Assembly: GCA_963764725.1 (NCBI GenBank)
Contig: CAVXTM010000012.1
Span: 96,001-160,000 of the forward strand
Source: an uncultured Gammaproteobacteria bacterium
Lineage (GTDB): Bacteria > Pseudomonadota > Gammaproteobacteria > JACCXJ01
Reading direction: 5' to 3'
Length of the DNA: 64,000 nt
Shown here: piece by piece, positions 1 through 11,012 of the stretch
How the letters are laid out: each line of letters begins with the position of its first letter
How positions within the stretch are numbered: the first letter of the stretch is position 1
Made by a program: the position numbers and the translations under genes
Notes under the pieces: generated by a model
The model's input: only the letters and a program-made list of their open reading frames with translations
What the model was told of the DNA's origin: nothing
Databases searched by the model: none

Positions 1-470
1 GCTCGGGTGCGGTAGCGGTGAAGATGCCAAACGCAGTTCTGGCGGCACGTGCAAGGATAAGAAAGTCTTCGGCCCCAGGGAAAAACCGGAAAGACTCTTC
101 GCAAGCCGCCAAAAGACCAGGAATGGACGCCAAGAACTGAGCGTTCGCGACCTGGTGCTCGCAGTGCTGGGGCGTTGCTCCGAGCGTACGTCATCGCTAC
201 CCGACGCAAGCTGTCTTCCGGATTGTGCAACAAAACCTCGACGCCAACTTCCGCTCTGACCACCATGGCCAGCTCGCGGGTCAACCCTGTATAACAGCCA
301 GCATGGTCCTGTTGCAACTGATCGTGGAACCAGGCCGCCAACAACTCGAATGCTTGGAAGGCGCTGTAGGACGACATTCTGGTACCGTCGAGATCGGCGA
401 GAATGTAACGAATGACCCAGGGATTAGCCCTCGTGGGGGCTTTCGGATCAGCGAGATATCGATCGGTCAT
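1..470 (-). pseudogene. HAD-superfamily hydrolase, frameshifted, runs off window
   Basis: ATG at 470 gives ...YILADLDGT (DxDGT motif I). The downstream FFPGAEDFL...GIFTAT segment (motif II region) is in a different frame. Not in the ORF track because it has no stop in the window. Confidence 0.45.
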
Positions 471-579
471 GACGTATCCAAAAGTGTTGTCACGTCAGTC
501 TACGCCTTTGGGTTATCTAAGGCTTCCTCTCGTACACTCAAAGCCAATAACCCCGTGTCCAGAAGGCGATCGGGGCCAG

Positions 580-960
580 ACGGCGGACATGAGCGGTTGC
601 TGCGCCGTGCGATCGCCATGGCCCAGCGGGTTCCAGGGTTCCCGTTCGCTGCGGTGATCGTGCGGCGGGCTACGGGCAACATCATTGCGGAGGCCTATAA
701 TCGCTGGTCCAAGAGTCCGACGTCATGTCGAGATACGGCGCTGCCCACCGCTCGATTGACTGGATCACGCTGGATCTGTACACCATGGCCGCGCCCTGTG
801 CGATGTATCAAAGCACGGTCGAACCGGCCGGGATCCGTAATGTCTATTACGGGAGATCAATTCCGTACTTGCGAGCCACTTGGCTGGAAGCAAATAGAGA
901 GAGCTGTGCGCAGGAGGTGGCTATGGCGCCACTCCACCTCACCGGTCCAGAGGCTCTCGT
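580..960 (+). pseudogene. nucleoside/guanine deaminase family relic
   Basis: LRRAIAMA..PFAAVIV...IIAEAYN in one frame and LYTMAAPCAMY..AGIRNVYYG in another. The HxE zinc motif is missing and PCxxC is degenerate. Confidence 0.65.
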
Positions 961-1051
961 CTCTCTTTTAGAAGCCACAATGTCCGAGGGAGGAGAACTA
1001 GCGCTCCCTGGTGAGCACGAGGAGCACGCGGCCTACTGCCGCGCTCGGTCC

Positions 1052-1558
1052 CTACGGGGAACCGACGAAATCCATCTTCCCAATCTCGACACCCCCGTGG
1101 CGCAAGATGGCGTAAACGGTCGTGATGTGGAAATAGAAGTTAGGTAGCACGAAATGCAAGAGGTAAGGCAGACCCTTGAAGGTTAGCGTTTTGGGGCCCA
1201 AGGTCAGTATGATGTCTTTTTCTTCGGTCCGGTCGATTTGTTCCGGTCTGAAGGCGTTGAGGAAGGCAATGGTCTTCGCTATGCGAGCCTTGAGCTCGGG
1301 AAAGGTAGTCTCCGTGTCGTCATATTTCGGCGGCTCCTGGCCGGCCAGCCGGGCGGCACACCCCTTGGCCATATCGGAAGCTATTTGGACCTGCCGCGCC
1401 AACGGGAACATGTCCGGGTAAAGCCGCATATGCACGAATACGCCCGGGTCAATCTTCTTGGCTTCGGCGTGCGCAACGGCCTTGTCCAAGATCCGATCAC
1501 AGTTCGTGAGCATGCGAATGAAAACCGGGATCGAAGCGTCATACATCGAAATTGTCAT
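1052..1558 (-). CDS. DUF1993 (DinB-like) family protein
   Basis: ISMYDASIP, RLYPDMFPL, PNFYFHITTVYAILRHGGVEIGKMDF signature. Confidence 0.9.
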   Translation of the reverse strand: MTISMYDASIPVFIRMLTNCDRILDKAVAHAEAKKIDPGVFVHMRLYPDMFPLARQVQIASDMAKGCAARLAGQEPPKYDDTETTFPELKARIAKTIAFLNAFRPEQIDRTEEKDIILTLGPKTLTFKGLPYLLHFVLPNFYFHITTVYAILRHGGVEIGKMDFVGSP

Positions 1559-1781
1559 ACCGCGCTCCCCTCAAGTCTTTTAAGTCGTGCCCGGGTAAGT
1601 GTACTCCGAATTGAACTCGGAGATCGCGCACTCCCGTTATACGGAAAAATGTTCCTAGTCGGTGGTCTTAGGATTGGTGTTGTCGTCTCGTTACACTTGG
1701 CATTCGGACATCATGGCGACGCCGTTCCATCACTGCAACTCCCGGTTAATGTCTGCTGTCATACATGCCAAGCCGGTTACG

Positions 1782-2234
1782 CTATTTACGCGATGGGACG
1801 GATTCATCGGGAGCGGTCTTTTCGAAGCGCTTAATCGATGATCGCACTGTTGCTGGGATCGGAGTGCCGGCTTGTTTTTCATAGTCAAACCAGACAGTGA
1901 CGGCGTGGGAGCTGAGTATCAATCCATCGCTCCCTCTCTTGAATATAGCCGCGACCAGCTCTGCACTGCTGGTGCCCAATCGACTGATTCGCGTCGCCAC
2001 TTCTATGGAGCATGGGAACTGTAACTGCTGGTGGAATGTGCATTGGATGTCAGCCAGGATCCAGCCTTGCTTCAAGGCCGGGGTGAATTGCAAACCCAAG
2101 ACCTCATCGCAGTAAGCAACCCGACCACATTCCAGGTAACCGATAAGCGCAACGTTGTTAACATGACCCAAGGCATCCAAATCACCCCATCGTACGGGCA
2201 GTTCGTAGAAGTGTACAAAATCAGTTCTTTGCAT
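1782..2234 (-). CDS. acyl-CoA thioesterase (4HBT/YbgC hot-dog fold)
   Basis: VRWGDLDALGHVNN motif. Confidence 0.9.
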   Translation of the reverse strand: MQRTDFVHFYELPVRWGDLDALGHVNNVALIGYLECGRVAYCDEVLGLQFTPALKQGWILADIQCTFHQQLQFPCSIEVATRISRLGTSSAELVAAIFKRGSDGLILSSHAVTVWFDYEKQAGTPIPATVRSSIKRFEKTAPDESVPSRK

Positions 2235-2692
2235 TGGCCAGGTTCAGCAAGAGTGTCGGCACCCGTCGAGTCAGTGTCCTAGGAATAAGGCCAGCCCTCA
2301 TTTCCAGTCTCAGAACACGCACGGGGGCAGGAAGGACGTATACCGCGATTCGTATCACCGCTGCAAGCGCCGCACGTCAGGCGAACGAAATCTGGGGTGG
2401 TGCGCGCCAGTGAGTTTTTTGGGCGTCATGGTTATTGGGATCGAGGTCGTGACGGGTCTATGTAAAATCCGACTCAAACTCTTACCGGTGTCGCGAATAC
2501 TCCGTTACCGTGCACCTATGGGCAAATGTGTGGGGTAGTCGGTGAGGTCACGACACCGTAGGCGTTCAGAATGGTGCCATCGAAACCGCTGTGAACACGA
2601 TATTGATTGTAATAGATTAGGCAATCGGCAAGCTTCTGCCAAAGGTCGCGGCGATTCATAACAGGATTTGGCCGAGGAACTCCCGGAGCTGT

Positions 2693-2902
2693 TTGATCCT
2701 GATCGAAGAGTCTGTTACACGGGATGGTACAGACTACGGCGAACGTGAGGTCTCATTGAGATCTAAGGCCGCACAAGTCAGGCGGAAGTTAGAAGCAGGG
2801 AAGTCCGTGATCCCCTATAACACTGAGGACAGCAGTACTGCGATTGTGATGAAGGAGTTGGTACCCGATGAAGTGAAATCAGATATCTCGGATGACCTAT
2901 AA
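2693..2902 (+). pseudogene. YheU (UPF0270) family protein, N-terminus degenerate
   Basis: LIEESVTRDGTDYGEREVSL..K..QV matches the YheU core; no clear start. Confidence 0.6.
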
Positions 2903-2953
2903 TCGCGTTATTGTTTCTCCGATTTGCCAGTACCGCGAGAGAGGCGTGCCAGA

Positions 2954-3175
2954 ATGAACAACTCAAACGAACCGATGAAGGTAGTTGTTGATCTTCAGAT
3001 GCCGTTCTTGTCGATCGTCACGCTAATGGTGAAATGGGCGCTAGCGTCAGTTCCTGCGATTATCATACTCGCAACGATTTTCGGTGTTGTGCCTCGGTTG
3101 GTGGGCGGAGTCATGGAACACGATGATGATGCGTTCGTTTCAGATTGGTGTTTGGTTCGTCGAGTCATTCCATGA
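2954..3175 (+). CDS. small membrane protein, hypothetical
   Basis: One hydrophobic segment VVDLQMPFLSIVTLMVKWALASVPAIIIL. Confidence 0.5.
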   Translation: MNNSNEPMKVVVDLQMPFLSIVTLMVKWALASVPAIIILATIFGVVPRLVGGVMEHDDDAFVSDWCLVRRVIP

Positions 3176-4393
3176 AAACCAGGATTCGAGAGCGACTGAT
3201 TATCGCCGCCATGCTGGCGGTGGCTTTGCCAGCGACGGTGCAGGCCGCAGATGAAGCCAAGCCTGTTCAGCGGTACACATTTTCTTGGCCGCTTTCGAGC
3301 GATCCGGCTTCTGTGCCTCGCGGCGGCACGACGCGGGGACCGGAGGTCGAGCTGGATAGGGAACCTTCGAGCGCTTGGAAAGCATTGCAGGAGGCCAACC
3401 TAACGCCCTTCGAGCGCGACCGCCGCGCCATTTTGGCTATGGCGGGCGGCTACCGTGTGACCTTCGACTTCCTCGAGACCGTGGATTTCAAGCCTACGCC
3501 CACCCGCGACCGTCCCTATCAATCCTGGGGCACCGAGTACGTCTATGTCGGGGAGGAACGCGGGCACTTCATCAGCTTGCAGCATGTGCTGGTCATGCGG
3601 GTCATCGGCAAAGACGGTAAAGTCACCGAGCCGTTTGTCACCAAGCATTGGCGGCAGGACTGGTCGTATCAGGATGACACGCTGATTGAATACCTCGGGC
3701 GGGAAACTTGGCAAAAGCGCAGGATTTCCAGGGGCGATGCCGCCGGATCATGGACGCAGGCGGTGTACCAAGTTCGACGACTCGCCGCGCTACCAGAGTT
3801 TTGGGCGCTGGCAACATGCTGACGGCGTCTCGACGTGGATCGGCGGTCAGACCTGGCGACCCCTGCCGCGACGCGAGTGGAGCGTGCGTAAGGACTACGA
3901 TGTGCTGATCGGCACCAATCGTCACACGATCACGGCCCGCGGCTGGGTACAGGAAGAGAACAATTTGAAAGCGGTGTCCAGGGCGCCAGGCGCGCTGCGT
4001 GCATCGCAGCCTTACCTCGCCCGGGAATATGGAGTCGCCCGCTACGACCGCATCAAGAACTTCGATTTCAGCGCAGGAGACCGATACTTCGAGCGGACGG
4101 GCCCCTTCTGGGACGCGGTGCGCAAAGCCTGGGAGCAGCGGTTCGCCGCCGCCGGGCGTATCACCCTGAAAGCGCCGGTCGACCAGGCAAATCTCTTCGA
4201 GCCGCTATTCCAGCAGGCCCAAAGGCTGGCAAACGGCGAACAGATCGATTTCGCCGAACAAGCGGCCTTCATCGACAAGACACTCGACTCCATGATCCGG
4301 CCGGATCCCTTGGGGGCCGCCAATGGCGCAGCCGATCACGCGGCGAACCGATACGCCGAAGCGATAGGAAAATTGGAAAATGTGGCTGATTAG
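3172..4393 (+). pseudogene. secreted DUF6607-like protein split by a +1 frameshift near 3772
   Basis: Signal peptide; DRRAILAMAG, LQHVLV, KHWRQDW, then YQV|DDSPRY split between ORFs 3145-3822 and 3686-4393 (gtaccaagTtcgacgac); TWRPLPRRE motif. Confidence 0.75.
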
Positions 4394-4509
4394 AAACCGA
4401 GTGCGGCCCATTCGTTTGGAGTTAGTTCGGAGCCGCGCATGGCCTTCCTGCGTCCGCTAAGCAGCGCCAAATAACAAGATGCCTTCAGCACATGGGCAAT
4501 ATTCTGATC

Positions 4510-4685
4510 GGCACAACCTCTGGACCGGCAAGACGCTGGTCGATTCTGGCCTGTTCTACCCAGGGACCGCCAACACAGAAGCGAGGCTGCGCTACTACGC
4601 CAGCCGATTTCCCATTGGAAGGTGGATAGTTCCAATTACGGCATGCCCTCGGAGTATAACTCGAGGTTATGGGTCGAGCGCAGGG
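4510..4685 (+). pseudogene. DUF72 family N-terminal relic
   Basis: WTGKTLVDSGLFYP...RLRYYASRFP, then frameshifted VDSSNYGMPSEYNSRLWVER. Confidence 0.6.
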
Positions 4686-4877
4686 CCTTTCGACGCGATC
4701 CTTTTTGCCCGACTCTCCAGCCTCCGCAGCGCTTGACGCGGCGCCCGTGCGGCTGCCAGGATCGCGCCCCGAGGCTGGATGCGATCAAGGGGTACAACGG
4801 CTATCGCGTCCATGAGGGCATCGAGGGTGTCGCGCCAGAGGAGCGAGGCAGCAGTAGCAGACGGCCATCACTGCCAT

Positions 4878-4939
4878 TGAACGCGTTTTGTTGGATGTCG
4901 CATTATCATGGTCTATTCAAAACACCTGTGGCGGCCTAG
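4878..4939 (+). pseudogene. tiny Y1/RAYT (HUH) transposase fragment
   Basis: LNAFCWMSHYHGLFKTP resembles the AYCLMSNHYHLLxETP HUH motif. Confidence 0.3.
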
Positions 4940-5078
4940 ACTTGGATTTCGCCTAATACGTGTACCGGGGTCGGTTGCTCAATGCAATCAACATGGCGAC
5001 TGTGCTTCTCCAAGTAGCAAGTCCCATCGCCTTTTCCGTTTCTTTAAGAATAAATAAACTCCGGCGGAGGAAGAGACC

Positions 5079-5504
5079 ATGCATGTGACGTTTGATGACG
5101 CGCAGCAAGCCATTGCAGCAGCCCTTCGAAAGGCAGAACGACTCGGCACCCAGATGTGTATCGCAGTGGTGGACTCCGGGGCGAGTTTGAAAGCCTTCGC
5201 TCGGATGAACGATGCCTGGGTCGATATTGCTATCAAGAAGGCGAAGACTGCCTGTTTCTTCGGTATGCCTACCGGTCAGATCGGCAGGCTGTCCCAGCCA
5301 GGCGGATCGCTGTTTGGGATTGAGCATTCCAATGAGGGACTAATTACCTTCCCCGGAGGGCTTCCTATCGTGAACAAGGAAGGCGTTCTCATTGGGGCGA
5401 TTGGGGTCAGCGGCAGTTCAGTCGAAAACGATCATCTGGTCGCGAAGGCGGGCGTTGAGGTCATTGGCCTTTCCGACCTGCCAGCGCATCCGTGGCGGAC
5501 CTAA
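5079..5504 (+). CDS. GlcG/HbpS family heme-binding protein
   Basis: [32 protein letters not shown] motifs; RBS ggagga upstream. Confidence 0.9.
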   Translation: MHVTFDDAQQAIAAALRKAERLGTQMCIAVVDSGASLKAFARMNDAWVDIAIKKAKTACFFGMPTGQIGRLSQPGGSLFGIEHSNEGLITFPGGLPIVNKEGVLIGAIGVSGSSVENDHLVAKAGVEVIGLSDLPAHPWRT

Positions 5505-5530
5505 GCACAACGTCAGAAGGAGGAATCCTC

Positions 5531-5995
5531 ATGTCCAAAGAACACTTTGATAAAGCAGCGGTGGTGGCGAAGTTGAATCAGATCCTGGAGATGGAGCTGG
5601 CAGGGGTGGTCAGGTACACCCACTATTCGTTGATGGTCTTCGGTTATGGTCGCATTCCCATCGTCTCCTGGCTTCGCAATGAAGCCGACGAAGCCCTGAT
5701 GCACGCCCAAGAAGCGGGTGAGATGATCACCCAGCTCGGTACACATCCCTCCCTGGGCATCGGTCCTTTATTGGAGACGCATAAACATGACATCGGCGAT
5801 ATCTTGCAGGAGTCGCTCCAACATGAAATGGCCTCCCTGCGGCTGTATTACGAGCTGCTGGATCTCGTACGCGATCGCTCGGTGTTCCTGGAAGAATACG
5901 CCAGACGTCTTATTGCTGCGGAAGAACTGCACGTGGGAGAGGTTGACAAGATGTCACGAAAACCTGGAGAGGTGGCAGCGTTCGTTGCGGATTGA
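5531..5995 (+). CDS. ferritin-like (bacterioferritin-type) di-iron protein
   Basis: ELAGVVRY, EALMHA, EEYA..EELH ExxH carboxylate motifs; RBS aggagg. Confidence 0.85.
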   Translation: MSKEHFDKAAVVAKLNQILEMELAGVVRYTHYSLMVFGYGRIPIVSWLRNEADEALMHAQEAGEMITQLGTHPSLGIGPLLETHKHDIGDILQESLQHEMASLRLYYELLDLVRDRSVFLEEYARRLIAAEELHVGEVDKMSRKPGEVAAFVAD

Positions 5996-5997
5996 TG

Positions 5998-6110
5998 TTA
6001 GAGACGCGTGGAATACTCGGTGTCCCGATCCAGGATGAGATTCCGCTTGTCGAGTAGGAACCCGTCCACAACGTCAGTGAGATTATGGGCCACTTGTATC
6101 ATAAAAAGCT
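5998..6110 (-). pseudogene. integrase core domain (rve) fragment
   Basis: QVAHNLTDVVDGFL....LILDRDTEYS. Confidence 0.55.
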
Positions 6111-6113
6111 CGT

Positions 6114-6740
6114 TTGGGTACTGCTGGGTTTGTGAGTTGTCAAACAGGCTCGTCCTCGGTCTGTCATTGGGGAGTTTCGGACCGTCAGCCATCGCCGCCA
6201 TTCGAACCCGCCTTCGTCTTTGTTCGCCATCCACGCGCCCGCAGATATGTGATTCGTGTGGCCGACGATGGAACGGTCCGGGTGACCATTCCGCGGTGGG
6301 GCTCGAAGCGCGAGGCTGCGGCATTCGCGGACCGGGAGCGGGTCTGGATAGAGAAGCAGAAGCAACGGCGTGGGGAGCAGCGCCTGCGTCCGAAACCCAC
6401 GACGATATCGCCGGAAGTCGAGCGCGAACTCCGAGACCGCGCGAAGCGCGAGCTGCCCGCCCGCCTTCTGGAACTCGCCGCCCTGCACGGCCTTACGGTC
6501 ACTCGGATAAGCGTTCGCAACCAACGCTGGCGGTGGGGCTCGTGCTCGCGGAAGGGCCGTATCTGCCTGAACTGGCGCCTTGTGCAGATGCCAGATTCAG
6601 TCCGCGACTATGTGATGATCCACGAGCTGATGCATCTGAAGTGTATGGACCACTCGCCGAAGTTCTGGAAGCTTGTCGCGGGGGCTTGTCCGGACTTCAA
6701 ATCGGCTCGCGCATGGCTGCGGGCAATCCGGAATCTTTGA
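6114..6740 (+). CDS. YgjP/DUF45 (M48/SprT-like) zinc metalloprotein; start uncertain
   Basis: RNQRWRWGSCS, DYVMIHELMHL (HExxH), DHSPKFWKLV. Confidence 0.85.
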   Translation: MGTAGFVSCQTGSSSVCHWGVSDRQPSPPFEPAFVFVRHPRARRYVIRVADDGTVRVTIPRWGSKREAAAFADRERVWIEKQKQRRGEQRLRPKPTTISPEVERELRDRAKRELPARLLELAALHGLTVTRISVRNQRWRWGSCSRKGRICLNWRLVQMPDSVRDYVMIHELMHLKCMDHSPKFWKLVAGACPDFKSARAWLRAIRNL

Positions 6741-6849
6741 GATCACAGATAAACCGTCACATATAGCTTAGCGACGCCATTTCGGTGTAGGGTGATAGAG
6801 AGTCCTCAACACGCTAACGTCATTTCATGATGTCTCCTCTAGTCCGCAC

Positions 6850-7577
6850 GTGGGTGGGGAGTCCCGCGTATCGTCGGGGAACTCCGTAAGCTCGGGATCC
6901 ATGTGGCGAAATCCACCGTGGAGAAGTACCGCCTCAAACATTCCAGCCACCCTCCCCTACCTGGAGATCGTTCCTAGCCAATCATCTCGCTGACTTGGTC
7001 GCCATCGACTTCTTCGTGGTCCCGACGATGGATTTCAAGATTTTGTACGTGCTCGCGGCACATCGTCGTCGCCAAGTGATCTACTTCAATGTCACGGAGA
7101 GTCCGACTGCCCAATGGGTCGCACAACAAATGGTTGAGGCCTTTCCTTGGGAGACGGCACCCCGCTACTTGCTTCGCGACCGTGATGCGATCTATGGCGA
7201 GTGCTTTCGCCGACGCGTCCACAGTCTCCTCATCAAAGAAGTGATCACAGCACCCCGGAGCCCGTGGCAAAATCCGTATGTGGAGAGGATCATCGGTAGT
7301 ATCCGGCGCGATTGCCTGGACCACGTGATGGTTCTCAACGAGCGCCACCTGAAACGGATCATCACAAGCTATTTCGAGTATTACCATCAGTGGAGAACTC
7401 ACCTCGGTCTAGAGATGGACACACCGCACAGACGAGATGTTCAAACTCCTGCTCAAGGCAAGGTCATCGAAGTTCCGGATCTCGGTGGTCTACATCATCA
7501 TTATCTAAGACTTGCAGCGTGAGATCGGACACGTAGATCGATGCCAAACTCGCGCGTATGAGTTTTCGGGAACCACA
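6850..7577 (+). mobile_element. truncated IS481-like integrase-core-domain element (3' part and right end)
   Basis: AIDFFVVPT, YLLRDRDAIYG, PRSPWQNPYVERIIGSIRRDCLDH, LGGLHHHY; ends gagttttcgggaaccACA; 5' part frameshifted. Confidence 0.7.
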
Positions 7578-7763
7578 ATGTCCCAATACTCCTGAAAGTG
7601 GTAGCGAAAACCCATTCGATTTCGTGATGTATTACTTGCGCTAAAAGTTCATAATCTGAAGTCGCAGGAGCGTTGAAAGCGCCGACAGTTAGAGTAGATA
7701 AAGAGGACGCGAAAGTAGCAAGAAGCGCTTTTCAACAATCGCTGAAAATTCATAGGAGGAGTT

Positions 7764-8462
7764 ATGGAAACTACAAAAAACGCAAAAGTCGAACCGGTCG
7801 ACATGAAGCTCGAAGTCGTGGTGCTCGGCGTTTCCGACGTCGACCGCGCGAAGGCGTTTTACGAGAATCTCGGCTGGCGGCTCGACATCGACATCGCGGC
7901 GGGCGACTTCCGCGGCGTGCAGATGACGCCGCACAACTCGGAAGCCTCGATCATCTTCGGCAAGGGAATCACGTCGGCCAAGCCCGGCTCGGCGGACAGC
8001 CTGGTCCTCGCCGTCGACGACATCGACGCCGCCCGCGACGACTTGATCGCCCGCGGCGTCGACGTGAGCGAGGTCTTCCACTACGCCGGCGGCCCCTTCA
8101 ACAACGCCGTGGAGAACCCGCGCGTCGGCGGGCGCGACCCGCAAGGTCGTTCCTACTTCTCGTTTGCCTCGTTCGAGGATCCGGACGGGAACGGCTGGCT
8201 GCTCCAGGAGATCCGGACGCGGCTTCCCGGCCGCGAGTGGAAGTCGACGCGGGCGCTGGCCACGGACGTCACGACCCTTGCAGAGCTCCTCCGCGAGACG
8301 GCGGAGCACCACGACCGCTACGAGAAGACGCACGCCGAGCACCACTGGTCGGACTGGTACGCGCCCTACCTGAGCGCGCGTCAGAACGGCAGCAGTCCGG
8401 AGGAGGCGGCAGCCGCCGCCGACCGCCACATGGAGGTGTTTCTTCAGGTTCTTCCCCAATGA
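7764..8462 (+). CDS. VOC/glyoxalase family protein with C-terminal helical extension
   Basis: VSDVDRAKAFY, FEDPDGNGWLLQE; RBS aggagga. Confidence 0.9.
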   Translation: METTKNAKVEPVDMKLEVVVLGVSDVDRAKAFYENLGWRLDIDIAAGDFRGVQMTPHNSEASIIFGKGITSAKPGSADSLVLAVDDIDAARDDLIARGVDVSEVFHYAGGPFNNAVENPRVGGRDPQGRSYFSFASFEDPDGNGWLLQEIRTRLPGREWKSTRALATDVTTLAELLRETAEHHDRYEKTHAEHHWSDWYAPYLSARQNGSSPEEAAAAADRHMEVFLQVLPQ

Positions 8463-8551
8463 CCGCCGGGGAAGACCATGACCACCGCAACCACACTCTC
8501 TGACCCTTCGCGAACCCCGGCTCCTCGGCGGCCCGGCGTCGCTTCGGGTAA

Positions 8552-9349
8552 ATGAACGATCAGACGGTGATGGGACCGCTTGCGGAGTTGCCCGGCTGGT
8601 TGCAAGCGGCCGGCTGGGGAGCCCTGTCTGCATCCGGCCTGCTGATCGGGGCCGTGGGCGGCTACTACACGTCGCTTCAGCACACCACCATCGCCCGCGC
8701 GATGACGTTCGCAGCCGGCGTACTTCTGGCTGTGGTGGCGGTGGACCTGGTGATCAACGCGCGTGGCGCGGCAAGCCTGCACTGGACGGTCACGGGTCTG
8801 CTATGCGGCGCGGCGGTGTTCAGTTCCGTCAACTGGCTACTCTCCCGCCGCGGGGCACAGCATCGAAAACGCTGCGGCGAATGCGTGGAGCAGCCGGAAG
8901 AAGAGCGGCAGCCCGGGAGCGGGCTGGCCATCGCGGCCGGCACGTTCCTCGACGGCGTTCCCGAGGGGGTGGTGCTGGGGTTGAGCGTGCTGCACCACGG
9001 CGCGCCCGGCCTGGGGACGGTCGCGGCGTTCTTCCTGGCGAACGTCCCGGAAGCCCTATCGAGCAGCGCCGGAATGCGGCGGGCGGGACGGTCCGCGCGC
9101 TACGTGTTTGGCGTGTGGATTGGAATCGCCTTGATGATCAGCCTCGCAGCGGCGGTTGCCGGGCTTGTGCTCCGAGGCACCGGGCCGGCGGTCCGGGGGA
9201 CGGTCGAGGCGTTCGCAGCGGGCGCGATCCTGGCGCTGGTCTCGGAAACGATGATCCCGGAGGCGTTCCACGGCTCGCCGCAGTTCAACGGCCTGCTGCT
9301 GGTCGTCGGTTTTGTGGCCTTACTGATCCTGCTGGCACTCAGCCACTGA
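8552..9349 (+). CDS. ZIP family metal transporter (GufA-like)
   Basis: Multiple TM helices; LDGVPEG, ANVPEAL, ETMIPEAF. Confidence 0.85.
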   Translation: MNDQTVMGPLAELPGWLQAAGWGALSASGLLIGAVGGYYTSLQHTTIARAMTFAAGVLLAVVAVDLVINARGAASLHWTVTGLLCGAAVFSSVNWLLSRRGAQHRKRCGECVEQPEEERQPGSGLAIAAGTFLDGVPEGVVLGLSVLHHGAPGLGTVAAFFLANVPEALSSSAGMRRAGRSARYVFGVWIGIALMISLAAAVAGLVLRGTGPAVRGTVEAFAAGAILALVSETMIPEAFHGSPQFNGLLLVVGFVALLILLALSH

Positions 9350-9354
9350 AGTCA

Positions 9355-9435
9355 CTGCTGAAGGACTCGGTCATGCCCGGCACTGAGCTGCTCGCACCCC
9401 TCGGCTGCGGGGTCACCACGGGCGCGGGCGGCTGA
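9355..9435 (+). pseudogene. Zn-dependent alcohol dehydrogenase fragment
   Basis: LLAPLGCGVTTGAG motif only. Confidence 0.4.
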
Positions 9436-9616
9436 CACGGCCCGCAAGGGATACATTCACCACGCTGCCTGGCGGTCTCGGTGCGCCGGAATGCTCTGGT
9501 CCTTCTGTCGAGAACCCTTCACGCAGCCGTGGGAGGAAGAGAGCAAGACGAATTCGTAGTATAGTCTGTCGATCGAGGAGATTGGACATGGCGTCCGCAA
9601 CCCCTCGGGAGGCACG

Positions 9617-9940
9617 GTGTCGATCCACTGGTTCGGGTATGTCGGTACAGCCCTCGTGATCGTTGCGTATCTACCGCAGATCACCCACCTCATTCGTGAG
9701 AAGTGTTCTGCAGGCATAAGCTTTGGTGCCTATGCCATCTGGGTGGTGGCTGCAGTTCTCTTGCTTACCTACGCTATCCTCACGCGCGACCCAGTCTTCA
9801 TGGCGCTTCAAAGCTACCAGGTCCTCGCGACTGGCCTCATTTGCTTCTACTCCAAGCGCTTTGCGCACAACCTTTGCGAAATCCACGGCGGCTCCGCCCA
9901 AGTGGAGCCTCCGCCTAACAAGGCCTGTGCTGGACCATGA
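9617..9940 (+). CDS. PQ-loop/SemiSWEET-like small membrane protein
   Basis: AYLPQI motif and three hydrophobic helices. Confidence 0.7.
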   Translation: MSIHWFGYVGTALVIVAYLPQITHLIREKCSAGISFGAYAIWVVAAVLLLTYAILTRDPVFMALQSYQVLATGLICFYSKRFAHNLCEIHGGSAQVEPPPNKACAGP

Positions 9941-10047
9941 GAGGCGGTAGGCGCTCGTCGAGCAGCAGCGCGTTTTCACTCACCGCTGCCGAGGAAGAGA
10001 GTTCGTCCGGTGCCGGGTCCACGCTGCGCCACCGCGGATCTGGCTTC

Positions 10048-10490
10048 TCAGCCCGTCGAAGCGAGCCGACGCCGGACGATGAGGTTTCCGACAGAGACCT
10101 GCACCGGCTTGTTGTTCTGATTCAGCGTCATGGTCTTCACCTTGATGACGCCTTGATCGGGGCGCGACTTGGAAGGCCGTACCTCGAGCACTTCGATGTC
10201 TAGAGGCAAGGTATAGTCCGGTCGTGCGGGGTTCGGCCAGCGCAATTCGTCGCATCCGACGCCGACGATGCCACCCACGGGCTTCAGCTCGCTCTCCACG
10301 AGCAGACGCATGGTCATCGCCGCAGTATGCCAGCCGCTCGCGGGCCAAGCCCTTGAAAACTGACCCTCGGGCGGCGTCTTCGTTGAGGTGAACGGCTGGG
10401 GATCGAATTCGGCGGCGAAGGATTTGATTCGCTCGCGATCGACCTTCAACTGCCCGCAGGCGAACTTCTAGGTGAGTCGCGCGGCGAGGC
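10048..10490 (-). pseudogene. MaoC family dehydratase, degenerate
   Basis: FAAEFDPQPF, ASGWHTAAMTMRLLV, DELRWPNP; 5' in-frame stop and a locally shifted segment. Confidence 0.75.
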
Positions 10491-10523
10491 ATGCATGGCG
10501 TGGAGCGCAATCCGCCACGCAGC

Positions 10524-11012
10524 CTACCCCCCTTGCCAGGGCTCGCCCTCCGGGGCACCACGGCCGAGCTTGTCGGGCAGCGGCTCGCCCTCGGGCGTAA
10601 AGTCCAGAGACACGGAGTTGATGCAGTAGCGCAGGCCCGTGGGCGGCGGGCCGTCGGGGAACACGTGCCCCTGGTGGCTGCCGCAGCGGGCGCAGAGAAG
10701 CTCCGTACGCGCCATGCCCTAACTTGAGTCACGCTCTTCACGCAAGTGATCGTCGTCGAAGGGCGCCGTGAAGCTCGGCCAGCCGGTGCCGCTTTCGAAC
10801 TTTTGCCCGCCCAGGAACAGTGGCAGGCCGCAGAGCCGGCAGGTGAAGACCCCCGGACGCTTCTCGTCCAGGAATGCGCCACAGAACGGCGCCTCCGTGG
10901 CGTGACGGAGCAGCACATTGGCTTCTTCGGCCGTCAGATCCGCTTCTAACAGCTTGCGCTGCTCCGGGGACGGAGGGATCAAATCAAATCCCGAGCCGGA
11001 ATGTGCGGCCAT
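10524..11012 (-). pseudogene. msrB: methionine-R-sulfoxide reductase MsrB with in-frame TAG at 10719-10721
   Basis: TEAPFCG, CRLC, KFESGTGWPSF ...[31 protein letters not shown]. Confidence 0.85.

Noticed and set aside
7673-9435. Long Arg/Gly/Ala-rich alternative-frame ORFs (7673-8503, 7689-8633, 8803-9435)
   Set aside because: Frame shadows of the high-GC VOC and ZIP genes.
10719-10721. In-frame stop in msrB as selenocysteine/pyrrolysine recoding
   Set aside because: The codon is TAG, not TGA, and lies at a non-catalytic His/Tyr position; the catalytic RYCINS Cys is normal. A nonsense mutation is simpler.
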